Shown piece after piece: positions 13,896-26,500 of a stretch of DNA of 64,000 nt. Made by a program: the position numbers and the translations under genes. The notes below the pieces were generated by a model. It was not told the DNA's origin and made no database searches. It saw nothing but the letters and a program-made list of their open reading frames with translations. How positions within the stretch are numbered: the stretch's first letter is position 1; each line of letters begins with the position of its first letter. Source of the DNA: Ramazzottius varieornatus (Eukaryota; Animalia; Tardigrada); assembly GCA_001949185.1 (NCBI GenBank), contig BDGG01000001.1, forward strand, positions 7,514,149-7,578,148, written 5' to 3'.

Positions 13896-15694
13896 ATGGT
13901 CCTGGCACACGAGATCCATCCTCCAGCTCCCCGACCTCTGACTCCAATTGGGAAACATAGGATCATTAAATGGCAGTCCATAATGTCACTAAGGAATGCA
14001 ATCGAGTTGGGTTCCATCGTCTGCGGTGAGTTGTCGTCTGTTTACCGTCAGGAAGTTACGCTTGGCTAACTTGCTGTGGTTGATCCTTTCCAGCTTGTAT
14101 CCCGTTTCTCGTCGTTCGCTATATGGGCTCGTACAAACGCGGGTTCTTCTGCAATGACCAGGACATCATGTTCCCCTACAAAGACGGCAAGTCTCTCTTT
14201 ATCGGCCATACCTGTTTTTGCATGAAGATCGACGAATTTGCACCAAAACGAATATCTCTGATCGACTCATTTGAGTCGCCCCTGACGTCATGAGCTCGTC
14301 TGCTAATTGACGGTGTGTTCACGTGCAGCTCCATGACGTCAGGAGCCAATTTTATAATTATTTTATTTTCTATTCGATTTCATGTGGAATATTCCGAACT
14401 CGTTACAACCTTGTTTTCCGGTCTCTTGTCGTTTGTTTCAGCCTTTATTTAACTGCATCATGTTTTTTCTATTGCAGATACGGTTCCGTTTTCCATTTTG
14501 GCCATGACGGGAACGTTACTTCCGGTGCTTGTTGTAAGTAAACAGCCGTCAGCGTCCTCTGTTAGGCATACTTGCCATCAACTGCTCACTTGATCGTTGA
14601 ATGCTATTTGCCCGTCACAGGTGTTCAGCGGTGAATTTTTCCGTTTCACCCTCTCCAAGAGCCCCTACAACGATTACGAAACGCGATACGAGTTGTTGGG
14701 TGTCAAGATACCGCCGTTTTTGTCGAGTGCCGTCCGTATCAACGCGCTCTTCGCATACGGCGCACTGGTCACCGTTAGCATCACCGACATTACCAAGTTC
14801 TCCGTCGGGCGCCTGCGCCCGCACTTCTTGGACGTTTGCAATCCCGACTGGGCTCGCATTGGTGGCAGAGACAACTGTACTTATGTCTCTGACGTCTTCT
14901 GCTTGACTTCTCAAAGCAAGGACGAGAAAGACCTAGCTAGGCTGGAAGACGCTAGGTTGAGCTTTCTTTCAGGGCATTCTTCCTTCTCGTTCTACTGTGC
15001 CTTCTTCGTAATCTACTACTTGGAGACTAGGTTTAAGTGGATGGGCATGAGATTCTTCAAGGCCTTCTTGCAGTTCTTGCTGTTCATGGGAGCCGCGCTG
15101 TGTGGGGCGTCCAGGGTGGCCGATCACAAGCACCACGCTACCGATGTCATCACGGGAAGTCTTCTGGGGATCCTCACGGCCACAATCGTTGTAAGTACCA
15201 TCGTAAGAGGTCGGCAAACGAATCGTACAAGATCGACTTCCCAAGTGGCGCACGTTTCCATTGTTATTGGCTGAAAACGTGCGTCACTTGGGGAAGTCTT
15301 CGAGATTGGCTTCTCAAGTAGCGCACCTTTTCAGTGTGATTGGCTATGGGCGTGCGTCACTTTGAAGGTTCAACAAGATAGTCCTCTCAGGTGGCGCACG
15401 TTTCCATTTTGTTATCGGTTAGAAGTACGCGCCTTGTGCGGTACGAGCCTGTATCGACCTTGTACGTTCAAGTTGCCGGCCTCTTCGTACTTTCGGTCTG
15501 TAATGGTTGATCGAGCCTTTACTGTGTGACAGGTGTTTGTTGTCGGAGATAACTTCCTCGACCGTCGAGCCTTGCGCGCCAAGTTGAGGAGCTTCTTCAG
15601 CAACATGGATGACCTCGATGTGGAATCGGGTCGCAGTAAGGACTTTGTGGACGGCAAGGACAAGGGTGATGGTTCGCCGAAAATCGTAGCATAA
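13896..15694 (+). CDS. Phospholipid phosphatase (PLPP/wunen-like, PAP2 family), multi-exon
   Basis: YKRGFFCND..FPYKDDTV; C1 KFSVGRLRPHF, C2 SFLSGHS, C3 SRVADHKHHATDV; stop TAA at 15692-15694. Confidence 0.92.
15209..15441. repeat. Intronic palindromic hairpin element (3 tandem units), PLPP last intron
   Basis: Three (a/g)gt(g/a)gcgcac cores, each followed by a tgttattggct-like loop and a gtgcg(c/t)c arm. Confidence 0.9.
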
Positions 15695-16447
15695 AGATAC
15701 AAAATGTTTTGTAGCTCTGTCCTATAAATGAATCTGGCAGCTTTTCAGTTCCTTATCTATCTGTCTTAGGTGGGTTTTTCTCGTTGATCTGTGATACGTT
15801 TTCTTCATGTATCTGACGTTCTGAACATAGCATTCTTCTGGCTTTTCAATTCCATTGTATCCCTTTGTACTCTGCAGCAAGATGGTACTTTATTGTGCTT
15901 GCTTCGATGGGAGTCTGGGACCATCAGTTTTCCTTTGAGCTCAGAATCATGATCAAAGTCGTCAACTTTTGCGATATTTCAAATTTCTCCTTGGTTCACA
16001 GTGCGAATGTGTGTGGATTCTTATGGCACCGCCAGTTTATTCGAGATTGCCGAAGTTTCCCATTTAAAACGGGGAAGTTGGATGATATCAATTTCTTTTA
16101 CTCGTCCGATCAGCGTTGTCGGATGCTAGGTTTCGAAGTTCGAACACGTTATCTTGCCAGCAAACGCGGGAGGAGAGAAACCGTAACACGGGTCTCGGTC
16201 ACTTTTTACGGTTTTTTTAAAGCAGCAGAGTATATTGTACTGAATCAACGGTTACTTTTTTAATTGAAAAATTGATCACAAAATGTCAAATCCGCTCAAC
16301 TGAAAGTTGAAATCTCACTTAGACCATTGCAGTCGGAAGAAAGTGCACGAATTTCACAGCAAACAAACTGAAGCCTCGCCCTCGTAAAGCAGTGTACGAC
16401 CGAGAGCGCAAACGAACTGGGCGGTACTTCCTCTCGAATCGTGCGGT

Positions 16448-16897
16448 TTAGTGTCCTGGTCCTGGAGCCGGCGGCGGCTTGATGCAAGCCCAACCGCCCT
16501 TCTTCATGCATCCCTTCAGCCAGATTCCCGTTGACCAGCTGTCTTTCTCGCAGTACCAGCCCTGAAGAAAAGCAATTGATCAACACGTTGGAATTCCGGC
16601 AGAAGACGAACTCATTCGCTTAAACTGAAATAAAGCAACCCTGTGTCTCGGTCATGCCCTGAAAAGCGGGAAGAAACTTACCGGGTAGATGAGGCCGGAC
16701 TGCTGCAACCAGAGGCCGCAAGAAGCGCAGTTGCTTTCCCAGCTTTGACCCCACGGGATCCCTTTGACCTTTTCATCCATGTTGTCGCTGACGCCACCGT
16801 TGACGTACAGACCATTTCCGCACGACGCTGCCCGAACCATCTCCCCCACAAAGGCTAGGACCACCATGCCCGCCAACAGAGCTAATTTAGCTTCCAT
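16448..16897 (-). CDS. Small secreted Cys/Trp/Gly-rich protein (109 aa; exons 16897-16682 and 16561-16448), paralog 1
   Basis: Signal peptide MEAKLALLAGMVVLAFVGEMVRA, mature SCGNGLYVNGG..WGQSWESNCASCG..|GWYCEKDSWSTGIWLKGCMKKGGWACIKPPPAPGPGH*. Phase-0 GT-AG intron; paralog at 22819-23150. Confidence 0.75.
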
Positions 16898-19146
16898 CTG
16901 GGAATGCGGATACTGAAGTTTACTGGAGCAAGCAAAGAAAATTGAATTCGAAAGCTGAGAGATCCAGTACGGTCTCGGGCTTGCACTGGATCTTATATAT
17001 CGATACCGACATGGGATCAAAAGTAAGCGGTATTTCCGGTGTGGGTTAGTGTACATTTTTACGGCTGGATAGCAGTAAACTTGTTGTGGAAAAGATTGTC
17101 GGTTGCTCAAAATTCCCGAGATTCTTTAGCAATAGCGGACAGTTTTAATATGCAACCCGAGCTTCTGTTCGATGAGAGGCCGAAACAAAGTACCCGATAG
17201 TGAACTTATCGGTGTACTTCTGCTCTTTGACGACTTTTTGGATCCACTAACTTTTCCTGATTAATGGGACTCCATCAAGGGCATCGGCGAAGGCTATGGG
17301 AAAAGTCAGGTGGCCGGGCACTCAAGATTGTGTCCGAACTACCCGTCGGAGCAGTTAGGTCGTAGTGAGATTGACGGTGCCGGTGGCCCGAGGAACCTTC
17401 AGCAGCGTAATGCAGGACAAGCGTTTTATTTTTGTGGCTCGAAGATGCAGCATGACGGTCTACGGACACATAGAAGCTAAAACTTCGAGAGAAGGGAAAG
17501 CGAGATGAAGTACTTGTACTGTAATTCAGATCAGAGGAAACGTTGAAAAGAGTAAATTTCTGGTGACAGCGTCCATCAGCAGCACAGTGTGCTACTGAGC
17601 AAGACAAGTCGTGACTTTCTACTCACCGTCATGGTTCCACAAGCATCGATACGTACCACACTCTGCGGGATGCATACAAACACTGCAACTTTGCGGCCTT
17701 TCTTGTCCCGCGTTCCGTGGTCCACACTGGGAATGATACGGGGGAGGGTCTATCAAGTGCAGACAGATCCTTGTGAAATACCTTCCGAGCAGATCACATT
17801 CCATCTGGTTCAAGTAGCAGCCTTCAAGTAGCAATCTCATTAACGGACTACTCAAGGGCAACTCTATCTCGTATGTTTTACTGAAAACATAAAAACACAC
17901 AATCGAAGTTACAACATTTCAGAACGATAACGCCCATCATTCAGAAGGATACTTACACCTCGTAAAGATTGTCCAGAATTTCTTCCACCGTGGCTTTGAG
18001 CTTCTAATCTTTACGAACGATATTGCAACATCTTTACGAACCATCGTTGCCGTTTCTGAGTGAAGTCCCATAAACACTCCGTCATGCTATCATTCACCCA
18101 CCAGTATCGATCCAAGACTCTTCTTCCGCTCGGTTCTGTGGAAAGACATGTCTCGTCCAGGACTACCGGCGTCTTAGTGGTAAAACGACCACAGGGTAGA
18201 AGGCTGGTTTCCGCCACGAACTCGCATCGGTCAAACTGAAAGGCGTTCAGACGATTTCTCAGCAGCCTCCAGTTCAGACTTCCTAATAGTGTTTGGATGC
18301 CCTCATCGTCATACTCAACCCTGACATTCAGCAAGATAACCCGCGAGATGTTCTCGCCCACCTTTAGCAACGTATGCGCCAGTTTACGCGACTTCCAGTT
18401 GACACCGAGATACGTGCCGATGTTGTCCCGTAGGTCGAAGGACAGTTCGAAAATCAGGCTGTTGAGCTTGTTCAAGCCTGTCATACCGAGTATGCTACAC
18501 CACCAGTCATAGTCCGACTGAGCTTCGATCTTTTATCGCTTATTTATTTGAGCTAGAGGAAGCAACGGCGTGCTTGAGGGAGAAGATGCAGTCTGTGCTG
18601 CAAGCTCCATCCTTGCAAAGACCGTACACTCCACAACTCTGTAGGGTACTACGTAGATTTGTGTTGAAGAATGCCAGGTGAACAATGCCTCGGTTCAAAT
18701 GTTGAACAGTGGGAAAGTCCTTTTGCCATTGACGAGAGACCCTAAAACGAAGCCATCAGATTCTTCGATATCCCTATACGTCGTGCGCTTACTGGTAATT
18801 CATCTGCGTAGTCGTTGACAGTTTTCGACATCCAAACAGCGCACAATGTCCATCCATAAATGATGTGGACACATGTACACGCACGGTGGGGTAGTTTGGG
18901 CCAGTAAATAGTTTGGGCCAGACGGAAAAGACGGCAAACTTAGATTTTGTATGGAAGCCAGAAACAGAAATCGGACCAATGTCGCAACGCAGTAAAATTC
19001 AACCGCAGAAAATTGTCGTGGACAATGGCCATCAGCTGATCAGCTGTTTTACTCTCACACTTCAAAGCTGCTGTGCATGGCTACTCGATTTTTGGAGAAG
19101 CCCTGGAATCGTTAGCTCGATATTATTTCCGTAAACGTTTCTCGAA

Positions 19147-21156
19147 ATGTCCCAGCCCTTCAAGACCAAGCGGCCTCGGCGATACACCGAAGAAGCCCTG
19201 AAGGATGCGCTGTCTGCTGTCGAGAATGGAATGGGGCTACGCGAAGCAGCTCGAGTGTTCAAAGTTCCGCGCAACACCGTCTCACGTTATGTACAAGATA
19301 CAAAGGCACGTAGGTTGGGTAAAGAAAGAAAGCTCAACGATTTTGAGGAAGGGCTGCTGGTTGATCTGCTCAAGAAATTCGGAAATACTGGATTTTCTCT
19401 CAACAAAACCCAGCTGCGCATTTTTGTGGACGAAATGGGTTTGGAAAGGNNNNNNNNNNNNNNNNNNNNNNNNNNNNNNNNNNNNNNNNNNNNNNNNNNN
19501 NNNNNNNNNNNNNNNNNNNNNNNNNNNNNNNNNNNNNNNNNNNNNNNNNNNNNNNNNNNNNNNNNNNNNNNNNNNNNNNNNNNNNNNNNNNNNNNNNNNN
19601 NNNNNNNNNNNNNNNNNNNNNNNNNNNNNNNNNNNNNNNNNNNNNNNNNNNNNNNNNNNNNNNNNNNNNNNNNNNNNNNNNNNNNNNNNNNNNNNNNNNN
19701 NNNNNNNNNNNNNNNNNNNNNNNNNNNNNNNNNNNNNNNNNNNNNNNNNNNNNNNNNNNNNNNNNNNNNNNNNNNNNNNNNNNNNNNNNNNNNNNNNNNN
19801 NNNNNNNNNNNNNNNNNNNNNNNNNNNNNNNNNNNNNNNNNNNNNNNNNNNNNNNNNNNNNNNNNNNNNNNNNNNNNNNNNNNNNNNNNNNNNNNNNNNN
19901 NNNNNNNNNNNNNNNNNNNNNNNNNNNNNNNNNNNNNNNNNNNNNNNNNNNNNNNNNNNNNNNNNNNNNNNNNNNNNNNNNNNNNNNNNNNNNNNNNNNN
20001 NNNNNNNNNNNNNNNNNNNNNNNNNNNNNNNNNNNNNNNNNNNNNNNNNNNNNNNNNNNNNNNNCGGTCAGACGGACAAGCTACAACCGCTAGATAGCTG
20101 CCCATTTGGAACCATGAAACCGAAGTGGACGGCTTACAAGTCCTTCCATCGTATCAACCCGCAGTTCGAAGTAAGACTAAATTATTGCAGTCTGTTTGTA
20201 AAGATTAACTCATGGACAAGATTTTGATACAAGGACGTAGCGAGGTCCCTAAAAGGTCCGCGATTTGGCCGTTTTCCTACGAAGTTTTCATTGATCATCA
20301 GTCAGGGTTGTGCCGCGCACGGGTCTGACAGGCCACTTCGTAGAAAAAGGGCTAAATCGCGCATGCTTTAGGGACCTTGATACGACCTTGTTTTGATACA
20401 ATAGTTCTGACTTTCAGATTACTCGGAACACCTTCCCAGGAATTTTGGCGGAGCTGTGTACTCCAGGAGACAGCATGTTTTCCTTAGAGTTTGAAGCGTC
20501 ATTGAAGAGTGGTTTTCGCAAGACTGGTGTCTTTCCCCTGACGTCATTCGTAGAACGGTCGATAAAGAGCTGATCAAGTACGACGAACCTTCCTTACCAG
20601 TGTTGGACAGAGAAAGTTCCCCGATGAAGAAAGTAGCAGCCATCTTACGTTCCGACAAGGTGAAAATGGATGACGCCATGGTCGAAGCAAGCCTTGAGTC
20701 GATCGACCACATCCGGTCCGGTTACAAAAGCGTAGCGGATACGGTTCTGTCTGCTGCAGGCAAGGCGTTCGCTTTTTCTAAGCCGAAAAAGCAACGGAAG
20801 GCCAAAGATACGCGGATTGTGCTGGAAGCAGGCACGAATATGCTCAACAGTGAGTACTGTATATGGAGGTGATTGAGCAGCGCCTGAAGTCACGAAAAGA
20901 GCCGAGCAAAACTACACCGAAGTCCCGTGGAGGGACGAACAGAAAAGGGATGGCCTGCGAATCTTCGCCGTCTACTTGCCTTCCAGCACCGGATATTCCT
21001 TCCACATCTGAACCGAAGTCCATGCCTAAGAAAAGTCGCAAAAAGGAAGTGTGCTCACCTGAGGAACCTTCCGCCTGCCCTTTGTCGAATGCTGATGTGA
21101 GTACGCTCGCACCAGCTCCTCCAAAGAAACGTGTTGGGTCGAAGAAAGTGCAGTAG
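19147..21156 (+). CDS. pogo-like transposase (HTH_psq/CENP-B-type HTH + DDE_1), spliced, partly in N gap
   Basis: RRYTEEALKDALSAVENGMGLREAARVFKVPRNTV HTH; GQTDKLQPLD after the gap. Confidence 0.8.
19450..20064. other. Assembly gap (N run) inside transposon copy 1
   Basis: Run of N; flanks match copy 2 at ~61662 and ~60929. Confidence 0.99.
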
Positions 21157-22818
21157 GTTCGCTTCGCTGGTTGTGACGACTTTGATTTCTGATTGTGATT
21201 GTAAACAGAGATTTCATATCTGGAGTATCTTGTTTTCGTATGTGCTTATGGTGGGCTTGTTCCGGCAAAAAAGAATTTCAATAAAAGTGTCATGCTTCGA
21301 GCTGCTCGTTCCGATACCCGGCGCGAACGTGCAGCAGTACTAAATTACCAGTAGTGCTCTTTTTTACACGAAGCAAGAAACTCCTGCCCGTGCCGCCGTA
21401 GCGAAACGGCCTGGCCCAAACTATCCCACCGTGTGTGTACCACATTTCCAACGTAGACGCTGTAGTGCCCAAGTCGGTCTCGGTTGGCACGTCGCTACAA
21501 GCTACCTCAGCCGAAAAGGCGGATGTGATGCCGGCAGGAGTGTTTGCTGAGAACTGAAGCTCAACTTCTTCCAGAAGTACTTTTTGCTGCCCTCGTTCTG
21601 CAAAAAATTGCCCGGTTGTTAAAATCTAAAAGACTAGGACAGACAATATAGAGTGAAAATTGTATCAGGATGATTATCCTCGAAACGGAGGCGCTTCGTT
21701 ACCCCAAAAAGCCAATGGGGATTCTTGTCAACAAAAGAATCAAGTACTTCCTTGCATCCCAACATGCCAGCGCAGACCTCTCGGCTCCAATCGATCCCAT
21801 TTCCATATTATCAGTCTTGTTCTTACAATAGTCCATTCGACGAGATGTACTTTTCCATTTTACGAGAAAGAAAAGATACGAGACTTTTCTCCCACGGGCA
21901 TTAAAGCAATCCCTCATCCGTCCGTCCAAAATTTCCTCAATGTTATCTCGATGAGGTATGCATCCTTCCAGAATGGCATCTGGAAAAGTACAACATCCAT
22001 GTAGTATCAAATTCACGGAAAAAAGTGGGATCGTACCTGCATTGCCAGGATGGGTTGCATTAAACTCTCCCACAACATCTTCGGCGCCATCCCGGCATGG
22101 TCCACTCTCCTACGTATCGTATTTCCCTGCCGTAACCTCTCCGCCGTATTTTGTAGTAGACAATCGGTTGTCCTTCCTCGTTTGCGGACGTGCGTCGACC
22201 AACTATATAGTCCACGAAGAAGCTTCCTGATAATGCGTAGACTTCTGCCGCACCATCCTCCATCGTCCTTCTTGGTTCCCAAGAAGCGCGCCAAAGGCCA
22301 GTGAGCTCACAAAGACTTACCGAATGATCATCCTTCTGATGGACGTTTCAGAAAACAGCTGATGGAAATGATCCAAATAGAACTGCTTATTGAGCTCACA
22401 GCTGCTGACTGTTATGCATGTCGTTGATGAGAATGAGTGCCGGTACATGCTAGCTGCTACATCGGTAATATTACATTACGGTATATCGGCGACATCATCA
22501 ATCACGCATTCACAATGTTGCAAAACCTGTATACGTTCATAACTATGTAGTATCAAACAGTAACCCATTTTATGTATCTGGTTCGATTTTTGTATTTGAC
22601 GGTCGGCGAATAAAGCTTATTATTTTGAGACACAACACCGCGAATATGACTGAAGTAACACCAGAAAGAAGACCAGCAAAAAAGCTAGCTATAAGAGATA
22701 CACGCCAACAACAAGCGGTGGATGAACCAAAGATGAGGGCGATGAGAGACCATCTGACACTGTGACTGTGGGTTTCTTGCAAGTGTCCGCCGTTCGACAG
22801 GGACCGTCACAACAAGAC

Positions 22819-23150
22819 TTAAATTCCGCAGGTCTTCTTTCTCTGACATCCTTTCAGCCATATTCCCGTTGAGAAGAAGTCCTTCTCGCAGTACCAGCCC
22901 TGTAGGAAGAAAGTTTCGCTTCATACGACTGTCGCGAATACATAAAAAAGGATGTTCAAGCGATGCCTACCGACTGCAAAGCTCTTGATGCCTGAAGTGC
23001 ACTTCCACAAGCAGCACAACACGGTTCCCAGCTCTGTCCAGAGGGGCATCCATTAACCTTTGCGTCCATGTTGTTTCCGGCACCACCTGAAACGTAGCGA
23101 TCACTTCCACAAGCGGCCCCACGAGGCGCGGCGCTAGTTGTATGGACCAT
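22819..23150 (-). CDS. Small Cys/Trp/Gly-rich protein, paralog 2 (5' end/signal peptide uncertain)
   Basis: ACGSDRYVSGGAGNNMDAKVNGCPSGQSWEPCCAACG..|GWYCEKDFFSTGIWLKGCQRKKTCGI*. The intron (22900-22970) is at the same position as in paralog 1. Confidence 0.65.
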
Positions 23151-23544
23151 CAAGGCAAAAAAAAGATCTTTAACGGAGGAGATACTCCAGTCAGAGAACC
23201 TCGCTCGAAAAATAAAGACGTTAGAAAGATGAGACTGAAGGTTTACTGCCTTCGTGGACATTGTCATGACGGAACGAAGCACAACTTAAACTGACGTAAT
23301 TTCAAATTTGGTTTATCCAGATGTACCTCGCTCAGACTTAGATCTACTTCAAAAATAAGTGTAAAATATCGAAAAAGACTTTCGTATAAAGGATAAAACT
23401 ATCGCCCGATGAGACATTCATATTATCGAATCAGACTAATCTAGCCTTTTGTGAAATATTGTCCAATGTACAATACTTCAAGAAGTTCGAAATGCAAAGA
23501 GTTTCGTAGTATCTGATTCTGTGGCTGATATGTAAAATAGCATT

Positions 23545-26500
23545 TCAGTCGGAATCGCTATCAACCGACATATTCCTTCCATCTCGGTTCAGTCCGCGGA
23601 TGTGCACGTACTGTACGGCCTTCTCCACAGGAGCTAACAACGAATTCTCGCTGGGTTTCCACGGCGTCGCGAACATTCCTTCCAGTTCTTCGATCGACTT
23701 CCCTTTGGTTTCGGGCAGAAGGAACAGAATGAAGAAAAGACCCAGCGCTGCTATTACGGCGTACATCCAGAAAATACCTATGATTTCACGAGGAAGTAAA
23801 TCCAGTTCCGGTTCAAGAATTAAACTACGCACCGTGTTTAGCAATGTCGGAAAAAGCTTACCATATTTCGGCATGACTTCAATAAACAACAAAAACGTGG
23901 ACCCGACCAGCAGGCTACAAAAAAAGTTGACGGCACTCGCTAGTGCAAAGCCAGCGTGACGGAACTTGGATGGGTAGATCTCGCTGTTGACGGTCCACGG
24001 CATTGTCCCCATACCTTCGAAGAGAAGAACCAACGATTAGTATAAGGGTATACAAAATAGAATGGTAGACGGTGCGCTGATACCTTGGCCGTAGAAGACG
24101 AGGTACAGCATGAGACCCATTAGCGGGACCCAGGTGAACCAGCTCGGGCAGTGGTCATACGTCCAGTGAAGGTTCAGGTCGGAAGCGCCAGTCATGTTGG
24201 CGCAGCGACCCTCAATGGCGTGCGAGATATCTAATGGCGAGGGCCGGACTTGCGAACAGGAACCTTGGATGGCAGACGAGTCGTCACCGAGAACGTAGCA
24301 GTATCCACAAGAAACGTCTTCCACGCAGGCCTCACACGTCCTACAATTGATTCAGTAAAAGAACTCAGGTTCTATGTCCGCCAAATCTGCTACCCAAAAA
24401 CGGGGGCCCCGCAAGCAAACTCGATCAGGCCGTTCTCGTGAGTGGCGCACTTTGTCGGTATTTCCAACAGAATTTATGCGCAACTTTGGAAAACGGTCTG
24501 GTTGAGCTCGTTTACAGAGTGCCCAAATATCCGTGATGAACTGTTAACTGGGTAGGCTTACAAGTAAGGATGACAGACGCCGGTGTCTTCGCTAGACACA
24601 TGTTTTTCTTCGTACGTGACAAGTGGAGTGTTCAAAGTGGTCAGTTGAAACCCGATGGCCATGATCACGAGTCCGACGAGAACCCCTAGAATGGCACTTT
24701 TGTCGATCCCTTCACTCTGCTTACGAGTGAATAAAGTTTATTATCTATTTTTCGTACCTAGAAGACTGAAAAGTGTGAGCGGACGTCGTCCAATCCTTTC
24801 TACCAAACCGAGACCGATCAGCGTAGCTAGCAGGTTGATGGCGAAGACCAGGGAGGAGATCCAGATGACTACCGTGGTGTCACGGACACCGGCCAGCTGA
24901 ATAATGGTCGCGCTGTAATATCTGAAAAAGACCAACAGCAATTTTGGAAAAAATCTACCGAGGAATAGCTTCTCCACACTAGTGCCTGTTTACACCATCA
25001 AGATCGGTAAAAAAATAGGCACGATATTTCAAAAGCAAAACACCAGAAATTTTCGCCCAAGTTTTATGTATTTTTCGCTTACATCACAATGTTGGTGCCG
25101 ATAAGCTGTTGAACCATGTGAAGGCCGCAGCCGACTACCAAGGCTCGCCGTAATCCCGGCTGCCGAATCAGTTCTCTCCAGATCGATGAGGAGTCTGCAA
25201 GGACAAAGAGGAAGAGTTCGGGACCTTTGTCAGGGATTTACGCTCGAACAAATGCATACAACTGCTACTTGAAGATTGCGACAAGCATCTGAATGAGGCG
25301 ACATGCCACACTTGCCTGGTGTTCCCGCCCGCACTTGCTCGTCAATCGACACCCTTTCCACATCGAATTCCTCATTGACATCAGCTCCTCGATCACGTAT
25401 GGCTCGTAATGCGGCACGCGCCTCCTCGTAACGTCCATTCTTGATGAGCCAACGTGGGCTCTCCGGCATGAAGACGAACCCGGAGAATTGGATCAATGCC
25501 GGAATAGTGCCGACCCCGAACATGTACCTGGACCAAACCAGCCGTAATGAGAAATAATGTGGAACAGTGAAGGCAGGGAACGATGGCGAACCTCCAGCCG
25601 CTTTCTGAAGCGTAAGCGAAGACCCCATCAACCAGGGCGGCGACAAGTTGTCCAGCAGCAATCAAGCAGACTGTTCCGGTTATCAGTCTTCCACGGAGCC
25701 TGTCCGGCCCGATATCGGTTATGTACAGTGGAATCGTTGTGGTGAAAAGACCTGAAATTACGGTATAATCATGACCCAATTGTAGAAAAAGGTTGTAATC
25801 TAAGTCGGTCCCATACTTGTCGTAATAGAGAAGCTGCACTTTGCGCAGATGGTTTGAACAAACGAGAACTAAGTAATTTTGAAAATCGAAGTTTATAAAA
25901 GCATTCGCTAGAAGCTTTGAGAAGTTGCACAACGCGGACGAGTTTGAGAAAAACGATGGGACAAACGACCGCTGCTGGTCATGGTGGTTTGTTCGGCAGT
26001 AATTAGCCCACCAAGTTAAAAAAGATCCGGCTCAAATGCAAATCGGATTGTCCGGAGTGGAGGCCCTGTGTTGCCCGGGCACCGATTACGCTTCCCAGTG
26101 CTTCGGGCCAGCCAGAGCACTACTGACGGCAATTCGTTCATGTTTGAAATCTACGGGTGATTTTCTTCGTGATTCACGAACGAAGCTCCCCTTCGTTTCG
26201 TGAATCGCGAGGCGAGTTACAAATCTTGAATGTTTAAACTTTTCTAAATGCAATCGTTTTGTCCAAACTGTCGTTTGTTCAAACCATCTGTGCAAAGTGC
26301 AACTTCTCTAATATCCTGTCATGCCAAGTTCAAAACATGAAAGGAGTTATAGTTAATCTAATCCAGCGTTCATTTTCCCCGATGGGACCAGTACTGCAGT
26401 TTCGGGATTGACCCCCGATTTTTTTGTCGTTCAATGGTTTACCAGTGAAAACAGACTTGTTATCCGGCGATGAAAGATTTTGAACCCGAAGACCCCGTTT

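Larger units (their letters stand above)
18878..21437 (+). mobile_element. pogo/Tigger-like DNA transposon, copy 1 (contains assembly gap)
   Basis: TA|CACGCACGGTGGGGTAGTTTGGGCCAG ... CTGGCCCAAACTATCCCACCGTGTGTG|TA; near-identical to 59541-62235. Confidence 0.95.
17275..22263 (-). pseudogene. Chromodomain(x2)-F-box gene interrupted by a pogo-like transposon, with further lesions
   Basis: Chromo-like segments FFVDYIVGRR..YYKIRRRGYG..GEW and IEEILDGR..YLFFLVKWKS. Removing the TE at the TA rejoins LEMWYMCPHHLWMDIVRCLDVENCQRLRR|VSRQWQ, which is F-box-like. An in-frame TAA occurs near 18540. Confidence 0.55.

Noticed and set aside
19205-20227. Long ORFs of 270-340 aa across 19.2-20.2 kb
   Set aside because: Artefacts of the N gap.
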